Part shown: positions 1 through 7,954 of the stretch, one piece after another
Position numbering within the stretch: the first letter of the stretch is position 1
Layout: each line of letters opens with the position of its first letter
NCBI GenBank assembly: GCA_043753995.1
Contig: JAYUVP010000114.1
Span: forward strand, 1-10,041
Length of the DNA stretch: 10,041 bases
Reading direction: 5' to 3'
Source of the DNA: Fibrobacterota bacterium
GTDB lineage: Bacteria; Fibrobacterota; Fibrobacteria; UBA11236
Translations under genes and position numbers: made by a program
Notes under the pieces: generated by a model
What the model was told of the DNA's origin: nothing
Seen by the model: only the letters and a program-made list of their open reading frames with translations
Database searches by the model: none

Positions 1-1782
1 AGAAGGGGAAGGAGTAGCGGTCTTGGATGAAGGGGGTGCACTGCGAACCCCCGCAGCCATCAATTTGGACTGGGCCAAAGGGGCAAATTCACTTTGAGGG
101 AAATTCTCCTTTAAGTAGACATAGGCCGACTTGGCCGAATCCAAATTGCGAGAGGTAGCGAGGCCATCGGGCCAACCTTCGTAAAGCATGGCAATGACAA
201 ATTGGGCCTTGGCGGCGGCGTCGCTGTTTGGATGTTGAGCAACTACCTGGGAATAGGCGGGAATGACTTCCGCAATCAAATCGCCACCTCCGAATCGTGC
301 TTTTTCTGCCATGAGAAATAGGGCATGCGCCGAATCCTCCGTGGTTTGCACCGTGGGCTTAAGCCCGAGATTGCGTTCCGCTTGTTGGGCAAAAGGTGTC
401 CCCGGATAACGTTCCATGACGAGTCGGTAAAGCGAATCCGCCTTAACCTTATCTTGTCGATACTCTTCTTGAATATAGGCGCGGGCATAATTGGCGCGCT
501 TCGTAAAAAGGGAATCCCGCTTGGGGGAGTCGGCAATACTATCGAGGCGAATGAGAGCGCTGTCGATTTGATCGAGCTGGAAAAGGAAAAGCTCGGAAAT
601 CATGAATTCATCGCGCCAAGGTGCAGCGCTGTCGACCGGCGCCGCTTTGCCAGCTTTTCGGTATTCCGCCAAGCGAGCCAAGGCCTCGCCGCGTGCTCGG
701 GCGAGTTTGGCATAATCGAAATCCGGGCCTTGCGCGGCGGAGGAGTCATAGCTGACCTTTGCCTCGGCTTCTGCATGAAAGATTCGCAATTCATGTTCCC
801 CTCGGCGATACCAAGCTTCGGCGGATAAGGCTGTATGGGGCGCGGCGCGTGTCACCTTGCCTATCAAGGCAAAGCCTTCTTTGTCTTGCTTTAATGCCAA
901 ATGGCCTTCGGCCATTTTCAAATGAATGGGCGCCAGGGAATCGCGAAAGACCTTGATACTGGTAAAGGGTTGAAGCTCGGCAATACCTTCGGAATATTGC
1001 TTCAACTGATAAAGCGCATCTGCTGACAATACTGCCAAACGAAGACGCTGGCTCACGGGCAAGACGGCGATTTCAGGCGCGCGAGCATGCTGGCGGGCAC
1101 GGTCCCATTGTTTGAGACGATAAGCCAAGTCGGCTGCCGCAGCATGAGCACGAGCCCTATCCAACGGGGTTTTGGCCGCGTCCTTGAGGAGGCGCTCATA
1201 GGCTGCCAAGGTCGCTTCATCGCTGCCGCCAACACCTTCCAGTTTGGCTAGGCAAAGCAAGGCTTCGGTGCGTAAATCATCTTCTAACGGTGTGGCCAAC
1301 ATGCGCTCCAAACCGGAACGCGAGGCCAAATATTGGCCGGTTTGATAAAGGGCTATGGCCCGATGCACCTCGGCCTTGGGCACCTTGGTATCCAGCGGGA
1401 AATATTGCAAGAATTCATCGTATTTACCGATGCAACGCGTCCACTCCCCTTCCTGAAAATAGGCCTCGGCCATCAGGAAAACGGCTTTGTTTTGCCAGGC
1501 CTTTTCTTCGGGATAAAGCTCTAGGACCTTGGAGCATTTGGTCACACATCGCTCAAACTTCATCTTCTCTTCGGTGCTCGCCAGCACCGAATCATTGGGG
1601 TTTTTCTCTAGCCGATTTTCACGTAGGGCCATGGCCTGACGATAAGCCTTTTCGGCATTGTAATAGGTATTGAAATAGACGCAACCGCTCAGGGTCCCAA
1701 GCGAGACAATCAAAAAAAGACCTAACCTCAGGGAGGAGAGGGATAATTTGGCAGGAAAGACTCGAAAAGGCAGGAATGGCAT
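1..1782 (-). CDS. Tetratricopeptide-repeat (TPR) lipoprotein, partial (runs off the window start); possibly SprE/PorW- or BamD-like
   Basis: Manual translation of the minus frame from ATG at 1782 shows no stop codon down to base 1 (594 codons). N-terminus MPFLPFRVFPAKLSLSSLRLGLFLIVSLGTLSGC has a hydrophobic stretch and lipobox LSGC (Cys codon 1681-1683), then VYFNTYYNAEKAY. TPR-like helical repeats include KAVFLMAEAYFQEGEWTRCIGKYDEFLQYFP, AYSQVVAQHPNSDAAAKAQFVIAMLYE and AYVYLKENFPQSEFAPLAQSKL. A Pro/Ser-rich stretch lies at the window edge. The exact start is uncertain because the frame is open further upstream. Confidence 0.85.
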   Translation of the reverse strand, partial: MPFLPFRVFPAKLSLSSLRLGLFLIVSLGTLSGCVYFNTYYNAEKAYRQAMALRENRLEKNPNDSVLASTEEKMKFERCVTKCSKVLELYPEEKAWQNKAVFLMAEAYFQEGEWTRCIGKYDEFLQYFPLDTKVPKAEVHRAIALYQTGQYLASRSGLERMLATPLEDDLRTEALLCLAKLEGVGGSDEATLAAYERLLKDAAKTPLDRARAHAAAADLAYRLKQWDRARQHARAPEIAVLPVSQRLRLAVLSADALYQLKQYSEGIAELQPFTSIKVFRDSLAPIHLKMAEGHLALKQDKEGFALIGKVTRAAPHTALSAEAWYRRGEHELRIFHAEAEAKVSYDSSAAQGPDFDYAKLARARGEALARLAEYRKAGKAAPVDSAAPWRDEFMISELFLFQLDQIDSALIRLDSIADSPKRDSLFTKRANYARAYIQEEYRQDKVKADSLYRLVMERYPGTPFAQQAERNLGLKPTVQTTEDSAHALFLMAEKARFGGGDLIAEVIPAYSQVVAQHPNSDAAAKAQFVIAMLYEGWPDGLATSRNLDSAKSAYVYLKENFPQSEFAPLAQSKLMAAGVRSAPPSSKTATPSPS

Positions 1783-1863
1783 ACCCGCATAGGATACAAA
1801 ACTAGGCAGGGTCCTTGCCCGTTGCTTCCCCGCTCTATACCATTTATCCCTGGATTTGACGAG

Positions 1864-1878
1864 GACCATGGCATGGTC
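1864..1878. promoter_or_regulatory. Perfect inverted repeat GACCATG-G-CATGGTC, candidate operator in a divergent promoter region
   Basis: 7-bp arms with a 1-nt spacer, between the divergent TPR and ABC genes, 2 nt after a TTGACG hexamer (1856-1861). Function is inferred only. Confidence 0.35.
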
Positions 1879-1943
1879 TCAACCCTCCGGACAATTTCGA
1901 ATTATAAGGACACTAAAGGCTGCCATGAATTGAAATTTAGGGC

Positions 1944-2612
1944 ATGCTGAATGTCCAAAGCCTGGAATATGAACCCTCTCATGGAAGAGGCAGAACCCTA
2001 TGCCAATTGAATTTTCAACTCGGTCCGGGCGAAATACTCGGGATCCTGGGACCCAAGGGTTCTGGGAAGACCACGCTTCAGAATATCCTCATTGGAATTT
2101 ATCGCAACTATACAGGTGCCGTTTTTTTTCAAGACAAGGAATTGAAAAATTGGAGTCGGGACTTTTATGAATCCATCGGAACGATTCTACCGCCACCGGC
2201 CTCGAAACACGGGTCCAAACTCACGGCTCATGAGCACTTGGAATATTTTGGATCGCTATATCGCGGACCCCTGGAACCCATTTCAGACTTACTAGCAAGC
2301 GTGGGATTAAAACAGGTTGCTGACAATCACATCCGCGACTTTACTCCTGGCATGCTAGCGCGGTTAAGCCTGGCGCGAGCACTTTTGCATAAACCCCATT
2401 TGCTTTTATTATACGAACCACTTGCTGATATGGAAGTCGAGAATCATGAGGAAATGCTGCAACTCATTCAACTGCAAAAACGCCGTGGGCGTGCCGTAAT
2501 TCTATTTACAAATGACGAGAGACTGACCAAGAATACATGCGATCACATCGTCAAAATCGAAAAGGGTAAAATTTCCGATACCTTTCACTCTCCGTATGGG
2601 GACATGTTGTGA
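1944..2612 (+). CDS. ABC transporter ATP-binding protein (drug/fluoroquinolone-exporter-like), with degenerate motifs
   Basis: Walker A GPKGSGKTT; signature region FTPGMLARLSLARAL; Walker B region LLLLYEP. The segment YRNYTGAV...KELKNWSRDFYESIG...KLTAHEHLEYFGSLY resembles Rv2688c-type exporter ATPases. Its stop overlaps the next start (GTGA). Confidence 0.85.
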   Translation: MLNVQSLEYEPSHGRGRTLCQLNFQLGPGEILGILGPKGSGKTTLQNILIGIYRNYTGAVFFQDKELKNWSRDFYESIGTILPPPASKHGSKLTAHEHLEYFGSLYRGPLEPISDLLASVGLKQVADNHIRDFTPGMLARLSLARALLHKPHLLLLYEPLADMEVENHEEMLQLIQLQKRRGRAVILFTNDERLTKNTCDHIVKIEKGKISDTFHSPYGDML

Positions 2613-3289
2613 ATCGAATAGTCTCATCGCTCACTCATGATATTCGCATTCCATTCCGCACGGGATTCATCACCGCCTCCTGGATTGCCACCTTGATTTG
2701 GATTTTAGTTTTAGGCCGCTTGCCTAAAACCGGCATCGCTTCGCATTTTGTCCTTTTGCTGGCCTCCCCTCTTTTTTTGCAAACTTTTTTGGGAGTTCTC
2801 CATCAAATCCGTCGCGAGCAAGCCGAAGGCACCTTTACCCTGCTTCGCGCGACACCGTTAAGACCGCATGAATACTTGGCTGCCAAGGCCGGAAGCTGGA
2901 TTGTTCTAGGCTTAAGTCAATCCTTGCTTGTTTATACCCTGGTCCTAGGTTTGCACGCTGGAATCGGTTTTCTAGCCCTTGGTATTGTCACCCTGATTTC
3001 CTTAGCGACCTTGGTGGGTTTCCTAGTCGCAGTGCAATATCCTATACCACGTTTTCGAATAATTCCCGTTGGCCTCATCCTCTTTATAGTCGCTTTGACT
3101 TGGCTGCCCAATCTGGGTTTTTCATTAGGGCCATGGAAATACGCTCACCCCTTACAAGCCTCCTTGACCCTGATGGAATTGTCCGTAAATCCTGGATCAA
3201 TCGGAGATTGTCTTTATGGTTTGGGTTACGGTTTTTTTTGTTTCGCCCTGGCGCTTGTTTTTTGCAAACGCGTTTTAGCACGAAATTAG
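2609..3289 (+). CDS. ABC-2-type exporter permease (fluoroquinolone-export permease-like)
   Basis: About 6 hydrophobic segments and an ABC-2-like loop REQAEGTFTLLRATPLRPHEYLAAK. The GTG start overlaps the ATPase stop by 4 nt, suggesting translational coupling. Confidence 0.8.
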   Translation: MNRIVSSLTHDIRIPFRTGFITASWIATLIWILVLGRLPKTGIASHFVLLLASPLFLQTFLGVLHQIRREQAEGTFTLLRATPLRPHEYLAAKAGSWIVLGLSQSLLVYTLVLGLHAGIGFLALGIVTLISLATLVGFLVAVQYPIPRFRIIPVGLILFIVALTWLPNLGFSLGPWKYAHPLQASLTLMELSVNPGSIGDCLYGLGYGFFCFALALVFCKRVLARN

Positions 3290-3291
3290 AA

Positions 3292-5025
3292 CTACTCCGT
3301 TCTCGGCTTTCCCGTTTTGTCGCAGGAATAAAAAGACTTCCAACCTGCTACGGGTTTTAGACCCTTGCCCTCCACCCAATCGCTCCAGGCGCAGGTGGGC
3401 ATGCAGCAGTCTTGCATGGTGGTGGTATGGTATTGATCATTCGGACCGGTAAAGGTTCCATTGGCTCCCGCTTGGGCCGGGGTTTGCACGGCAGGCAAGG
3501 GTAATGGCAAGGTTTCCTCTTGCAAGCGGCAGCCGGTGACGCGCGTTAGGTTTTCGGGGCATTGCACGCGCTTGGCGCGGACTTTCCAGTTTTGGTGGTA
3601 GAGCGATTCCACCTGATTGGTTTGCAGACAGGATTTACGGGTATCGGTGGTCACTTCGGCCGATACACTTTGGGCTTGGTTGCATTGTTGCGTAATGGTT
3701 TCTCGGCATTGCGCGGACTTTAACCCAGCGGCCGTAGGTGGCCACGCAGTTCCGGTGCAGACAGGGTAGCGCAGAAAGGAAATGCCTCCCGACCCCGGAT
3801 TTTGCCAGGGAAAACCTTGGTATAGGAATTCATTGAACTTCGTCGTATTGCCGAAGGCGGGGTCATTATAACAGGAGTTGAAGGCGCCATATCCACCGGC
3901 GCCCATAAAGATGTCGAAGCCTTTCGGGCCGCTGGCAGCGGTATTAAAGCTTTGCACCACCATGGCTTTGGGTTGCGGCAACTCAGGGAATTGCGGGGAA
4001 CTGGGCTCGGGAGTTTCGAAGATGAGTTGATAGCATTGGCAACAGCTGCTGCTATTGTTGTCCAAGCCGCCCACATCGGCGTCATGCCCTACCACACCGT
4101 ATTGAAAAGGGGGATTGCTTCCGTCACCCCAGCCATATTGGCGGGCATCGTCCTTGGTGGCTTGCGTCATGGCGGAGCTGTACATCATGAAGCGCGGACA
4201 GATGAAGTTTTTAGGCAGATCGCCTTTGGAAGGATCTTCGGGTGGGGAGCAGGAATTAGCCACTCGGCATTCCCCGCCGCAAGCGGAATTGCGATCTCCC
4301 GCGATGCAGCCCTTGGCATAGAATTGGTTCATGCAACCATTAGGAGGATTCAGTTTATAATCCGTCACGGAAGGATCAAGTGATAGTATGAATTGGATGC
4401 CACTCACCTGTCCCGCAGTCAAGACGAGGGTAGCAGGCAAGTAGCCGGCCTTCGAGGCGATGAGGGTGTCTCCCGTAGCTCCCATTTTCGCGGCGGCGCG
4501 AGTGGAGGACAACGGGCCTGCGAATACAAGCTCTCCGGTTTTCGAATGGCTCGACACTTGAAAGGGAAGGGAGGATTCCTCGACGCCGATGTGGGCTTTA
4601 ATGAGATAAAGCCCGGGCGACAATTTGTGCTGGGCTGGGTGGACTTGGTAATTCCCGGCATTCATCCTTTTGCTGACCAAAGTTTTGAGCTTCCGTCCTT
4701 CGGTGCTGTAAAGACCTATTTCGACGAATGAATTCAGGCCGACCACCGAATAGGACAGGACGTCCTGTTGCCATCGGAGGGGGCTGGCCTTCATGGCTCT
4801 CGGTTGCAGACCCGTCGGTATCAGGGTCCAACTTCCATCGGTCCCAGTGGTGGCTGTTTTGCCCGTGGGGGCATGGGTGACAAGAGCGCCCGCGAGCCCA
4901 GCCCCGGATGGGTCCTTGACGAAACCGCTGAGAGTTTGAGCCACGGCCCCTGCCGCTAGGAAAAGGGCCAGACCGCTGGCCAAAATCATTCGGGAAGGTA
5001 TTGTAAAGAGCGAAGCAAAAACCAA
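3292..5025 (-). CDS. Secreted glycoside hydrolase family 45-like endoglucanase (circularly permuted catalytic domain) with N-terminal Ig/carboxypeptidase-regulatory-like modules
   Basis: Signal peptide MILASGLALFLAAGAVA-Q (alternative ATG at 4989; the TTG at 5025 has GGGGGA upstream). GH45 motifs are SSCCQCYQLIF, KAMVVQSFNT, GFDIFMGAGGYGAFNSC, KRVQCPENLTRVTGCR and TTTMQDCCMPTCAW. The catalytic region is Cys-rich. Confidence 0.85.
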   Translation of the reverse strand: MVFASLFTIPSRMILASGLALFLAAGAVAQTLSGFVKDPSGAGLAGALVTHAPTGKTATTGTDGSWTLIPTGLQPRAMKASPLRWQQDVLSYSVVGLNSFVEIGLYSTEGRKLKTLVSKRMNAGNYQVHPAQHKLSPGLYLIKAHIGVEESSLPFQVSSHSKTGELVFAGPLSSTRAAAKMGATGDTLIASKAGYLPATLVLTAGQVSGIQFILSLDPSVTDYKLNPPNGCMNQFYAKGCIAGDRNSACGGECRVANSCSPPEDPSKGDLPKNFICPRFMMYSSAMTQATKDDARQYGWGDGSNPPFQYGVVGHDADVGGLDNNSSSCCQCYQLIFETPEPSSPQFPELPQPKAMVVQSFNTAASGPKGFDIFMGAGGYGAFNSCYNDPAFGNTTKFNEFLYQGFPWQNPGSGGISFLRYPVCTGTAWPPTAAGLKSAQCRETITQQCNQAQSVSAEVTTDTRKSCLQTNQVESLYHQNWKVRAKRVQCPENLTRVTGCRLQEETLPLPLPAVQTPAQAGANGTFTGPNDQYHTTTMQDCCMPTCAWSDWVEGKGLKPVAGWKSFYSCDKTGKPRTE

Positions 5026-5256
5026 AAGGTCCCCCAGGAAAAACTGGATTCGAATCGACGTCTTAGTGATAATTAAGACCCTTGGGTTTAAGGCTGGGCT
5101 GTGGGAAAAGGAAAAAGAGCATATAAAATACTTGGTGTGAGCTAGGAAGCTGGCTGCCGATGGAAGAGGATATCAGCGGTTTCATTAGGGGGACAACCCA
5201 GGGTCTGAATAATTTGAATATGGCACGCCCATCTTTCCATCCTGTACAATGATGGC

Positions 5257-6873
5257 ATGAGTCTACCTAATATATTAAGGGTCTTTTCCCGCTTGGCTAT
5301 ACACCGTAAGGTCTTGGCCATGGGCGGTCTTTTCTTAATAGCTTTTGTAATATTCGTATCCTTTTCTTTGAATACTTTCAATACGGTCAAGGTGCGAGGG
5401 CCCTATTATGCTGCTATAGTGCAAAGTAAGGATTTGATTGCGGATATCCTACCGCCTCCCGAATATTTGATTGAGTCGTACCTCAATATATTGGAATTGG
5501 CATATGAAAAGGATGCGACCCAATTGCCTAGGCTCATCGAAAAGAGTCAAAGCCTGCGAAAAGATTTTACAACTCGACATGATTTCTGGTTGGTTGATTT
5601 GCCTGAAGGCGAAATCAAAAATCTTTTAATGCAAAACGCCTACTCACCCGGCATGGAAATGCTGAAATTGCGAGACGATTCCTTTATACCCCTTATTCAA
5701 AAAGGGGATACCGCCGGTGCCAGAAAACTTGCACAAGGAGAACTCAAGGCAAAATACCAGGAGCATCGGGCGGCCATTGATCGCATCGTCAGCCTTAGTA
5801 ATGAAAAATACCTGGCCGATGAAAAGGCAGCGGACATTATCATTACTCGCCGCACCTGGATGCTTGCCGGCCTCGGAGTCGGAGTGGTGCTGGCTGTCTT
5901 AGCCCTCAGCGGTTTTGTGAGCAGCCAAATCAAGGCCATAATTGAGAACAGCATTGCCGCACTGAACCGCGTGGCGGAAGGTGATTTGACGGTCAAGATG
6001 AATAATCAAAACCTCGGCGAAGCCCAAGCGATGGACGCGGCAATAGAACGCGCCACACTTTCAGTACGCAACATTTTGAATGAGATCACAGAATGCTCAA
6101 CCAAGCTTTTGGATCGACTTGTCGATCTTAAATTAGTGAACGCGGAGTTGTCGCAATCCACCGCAACCACCCATACCAAGGCTCATACCTGCAACCAATC
6201 GGCTCAGTTGGTGGACGAGAACTTGCAAACCATCGCTTCAGCCTCACAAGAACTCCAGGCGACCATCACCGAAATCGCGAAACAAACCAATCATGCCACC
6301 TCTATTACGGACAAAGCGAAGGTTATGTCCCTTCAATCGAATCAATTGGTGAAGCATCTCAATGAAAGCAGCCAAAATATTGGCGGTATTTTGCAGTTAA
6401 TCAAAAGCATTTCTGAACAGACTAATTTACTGGCATTAAATGCCACGATAGAAGCCGCACGGGCTGGGGAAATGGGTAAAGGTTTTGCCGTTGTGGCGCA
6501 TGAAGTGAAAGAATTGGCCATGCAAAGTTCAAACGCCAGCGAGCAAGTCAGCGTCACCGTGCAATCGATTCAGGCAGATAGCAGCACGGTCATGGAAAGC
6601 ATTTCTAACATCCTTCAAATTATTGGCCAGATCAATGCCGTACAAGGTGAGGTTGCAAGCGCTGTCGAAGAGCAGACGGCAACCACGGCCGAAATCTCCC
6701 GTAATATTACCGAAGCAGCGCAAGGCAGCCGAGACATCACCTTAAGCATATCCGAGGTGGCGGGCTCGGCACAGAAGGCCAATGTCAGCCTCAGCCATAC
6801 CTTGACAGGTGCCAATCACCTTGGCGACATCGCGGGCGAACTAAAAGGACTAGTGAGTCGTTTTCGTATTTGA
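5257..6873 (+). CDS. Methyl-accepting chemotaxis protein (transmembrane chemoreceptor)
   Basis: TM1 [16 protein letters not shown]; helical periplasmic domain with [21 protein letters not shown]2 [25 protein letters not shown]-like [10 protein letters not shown]; conserved hairpin tip [37 protein letters not shown]; methylation-like AVEEQTATT. The start could instead be the ATG at 5320. Confidence 0.95.
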   Translation: MSLPNILRVFSRLAIHRKVLAMGGLFLIAFVIFVSFSLNTFNTVKVRGPYYAAIVQSKDLIADILPPPEYLIESYLNILELAYEKDATQLPRLIEKSQSLRKDFTTRHDFWLVDLPEGEIKNLLMQNAYSPGMEMLKLRDDSFIPLIQKGDTAGARKLAQGELKAKYQEHRAAIDRIVSLSNEKYLADEKAADIIITRRTWMLAGLGVGVVLAVLALSGFVSSQIKAIIENSIAALNRVAEGDLTVKMNNQNLGEAQAMDAAIERATLSVRNILNEITECSTKLLDRLVDLKLVNAELSQSTATTHTKAHTCNQSAQLVDENLQTIASASQELQATITEIAKQTNHATSITDKAKVMSLQSNQLVKHLNESSQNIGGILQLIKSISEQTNLLALNATIEAARAGEMGKGFAVVAHEVKELAMQSSNASEQVSVTVQSIQADSSTVMESISNILQIIGQINAVQGEVASAVEEQTATTAEISRNITEAAQGSRDITLSISEVAGSAQKANVSLSHTLTGANHLGDIAGELKGLVSRFRI

Positions 6874-6942
6874 GGACTAAAAGCGCGCATAAGAATGACC
6901 GGGAGCTGGCGAGGAAGGCGCTCCTTGGAGCTGGTGGGGGCA

Positions 6943-6988
6943 GGCCGAGACCACGCAAGCGCGGCTCGCCGCGTGCGGAGGCTTGGCC
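6943..6988. repeat. Long imperfect GC-rich hairpin downstream of the MCP gene
   Basis: GGCCGAG (6943-6949) pairs with CTTGGCC (6982-6988, one G-U); CGCA (6954-6957) with TGCG (6974-6977); CGCGG (6960-6964) with CCGCG (6969-6973) around a CTCG loop. Confidence 0.45.
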
Positions 6989-6990
6989 GA

Positions 6991-7008
6991 GGGGGCGGGC
7001 TCGCCCCC
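6991..7008. terminator. GC hairpin GGGGGCG-ggct-CGCCCCC, possible terminator/stabiliser for the MCP transcript
   Basis: Perfect 7-bp all-GC stem with a 4-nt loop, followed by AT-rich ATTAAAAT rather than a canonical poly-T tract. Confidence 0.4.
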
Positions 7009-7191
7009 ATTAAAATCACTACTCTTGAGATTTTTGCAGTATCTGAATCCGATTTGACTGCGCCGCAGCTTTCTGCTGGAAAGCGTCGATAATGCTTACA
7101 TACGAAACCATTTATTACGGAGGATAGCCGAAAGAAACATCCTGGCGCTAAAATCCGAGTAGTACTTTCGTGACTGAAACGGAGTGTTCAT

Positions 7192-7893
7192 TTGCAAGTC
7201 GAACGTGTTCTCGATATTTTACGAGAAGTTTTCTCGAAGCTCGCTATCGAGGAGCCGTCTTTCGCGAATCCGCCGTCAAACATTTCGTCTGAAACAAGCT
7301 TAGATGCCCTGCATGTGACCGAGGCCAATGTGGGTGATTTCGCCCGCGAATTACGTTACCGCTTGGGCGGTACGGCTCTCAATGTCGAGCTCATGTACCT
7401 CATGCAAAAGGCCGTCCAGGCCACTTCATCGAATTTGAGCCATTACCATACCCTCGGCGATGTCGCCAAGCATATTCAGGCCAGCCTGCATCACGGCATA
7501 CCCAATCCCATGGTGGTCTATGTCGATGATGAGGAGGAAAACCTTTTCGTTTTCCGCCGCAAGTACGGCAAGCGTCTCAACCTCAAGACTTTTTCCGATC
7601 CGCTTGAAGCCTTGTCCTTCATCTCCCGAAGCCCCGAAACGGTATTGGTTTTAACCGATGAGGTGATGCCGGGCATGACGGGTAACCAGCTATGCGACGA
7701 GGCACACAAGACGCGGCCATTTCTCAAGTTCATACTCATCACGGGCAACCCCGCAGGCGACGATAATTTGTTGCATCGCTCCCTGCGCCATGGCCGCTTT
7801 TACGATTTCATCAACAAGCCACTCGATTTCGACGGCAAGGGCGAAGAGTATTTCGACACCATGAGCCGCGTCTTGTCGGGGGATTATTTCTAA
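7192..7893 (+). CDS. Response regulator: N-terminal ACP-like domain + C-terminal receiver (REC) domain (paralog 1)
   Basis: TTG start with GGAG RBS at 7181-7184. REC motifs are VVYVDDE, LVLTDEVMPGMTG (phospho-acceptor D156), FILITG and FINKP. The N-terminal ~100 aa resemble an ACP (VLDILREVF...ISSETSLDALHVTEA...TLGDVAKHI). No DNA-binding domain. Confidence 0.85.
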   Translation: MQVERVLDILREVFSKLAIEEPSFANPPSNISSETSLDALHVTEANVGDFARELRYRLGGTALNVELMYLMQKAVQATSSNLSHYHTLGDVAKHIQASLHHGIPNPMVVYVDDEEENLFVFRRKYGKRLNLKTFSDPLEALSFISRSPETVLVLTDEVMPGMTGNQLCDEAHKTRPFLKFILITGNPAGDDNLLHRSLRHGRFYDFINKPLDFDGKGEEYFDTMSRVLSGDYF

Positions 7894-7954
7894 ACGCGCG
7901 GAAACCCAAATCTTAGGGTAGACAGCCGCAAACATCCATCGGGAGATCTTTAGC

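Noticed and set aside
276..1673. Short ORFs in the track (276..536, 325..828, 600..794, 759..956, 1053..1235, 1290..1673, 1333..1524)
   Set aside because: All overlap the long minus-strand TPR lipoprotein frame and show no recognisable motifs; treated as shadow ORFs.
3084..4959. Alternative-frame and antisense ORFs over the permease end and the GH45 gene
   Set aside because: They overlap well-supported CDSs and have no motifs.
5137..5163. GCCGATGG as a sigma-28 -10 box for the MCP
   Set aside because: Imperfect match, with no TAAA at ~15-nt spacing.
5221..5237. TGGCACG as a sigma-54 promoter for the MCP
   Set aside because: The -24 element matches, but the -12 TTGC is absent (TCTTT at that position).
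5142..7092. Small ORFs overlapping the MCP, plus 6895..7092 (+) and 6816..7019 (-)
   Set aside because: No RBS or domain support; their Arg/Pro/Gly-rich composition is explained by GC-rich hairpin DNA or antisense reading.
7021..7191. Known riboswitch (e.g. c-di-GMP) in the leader of the first response regulator
   Set aside because: Only short stems and a GAAA are present; consensus elements are not recognisable.
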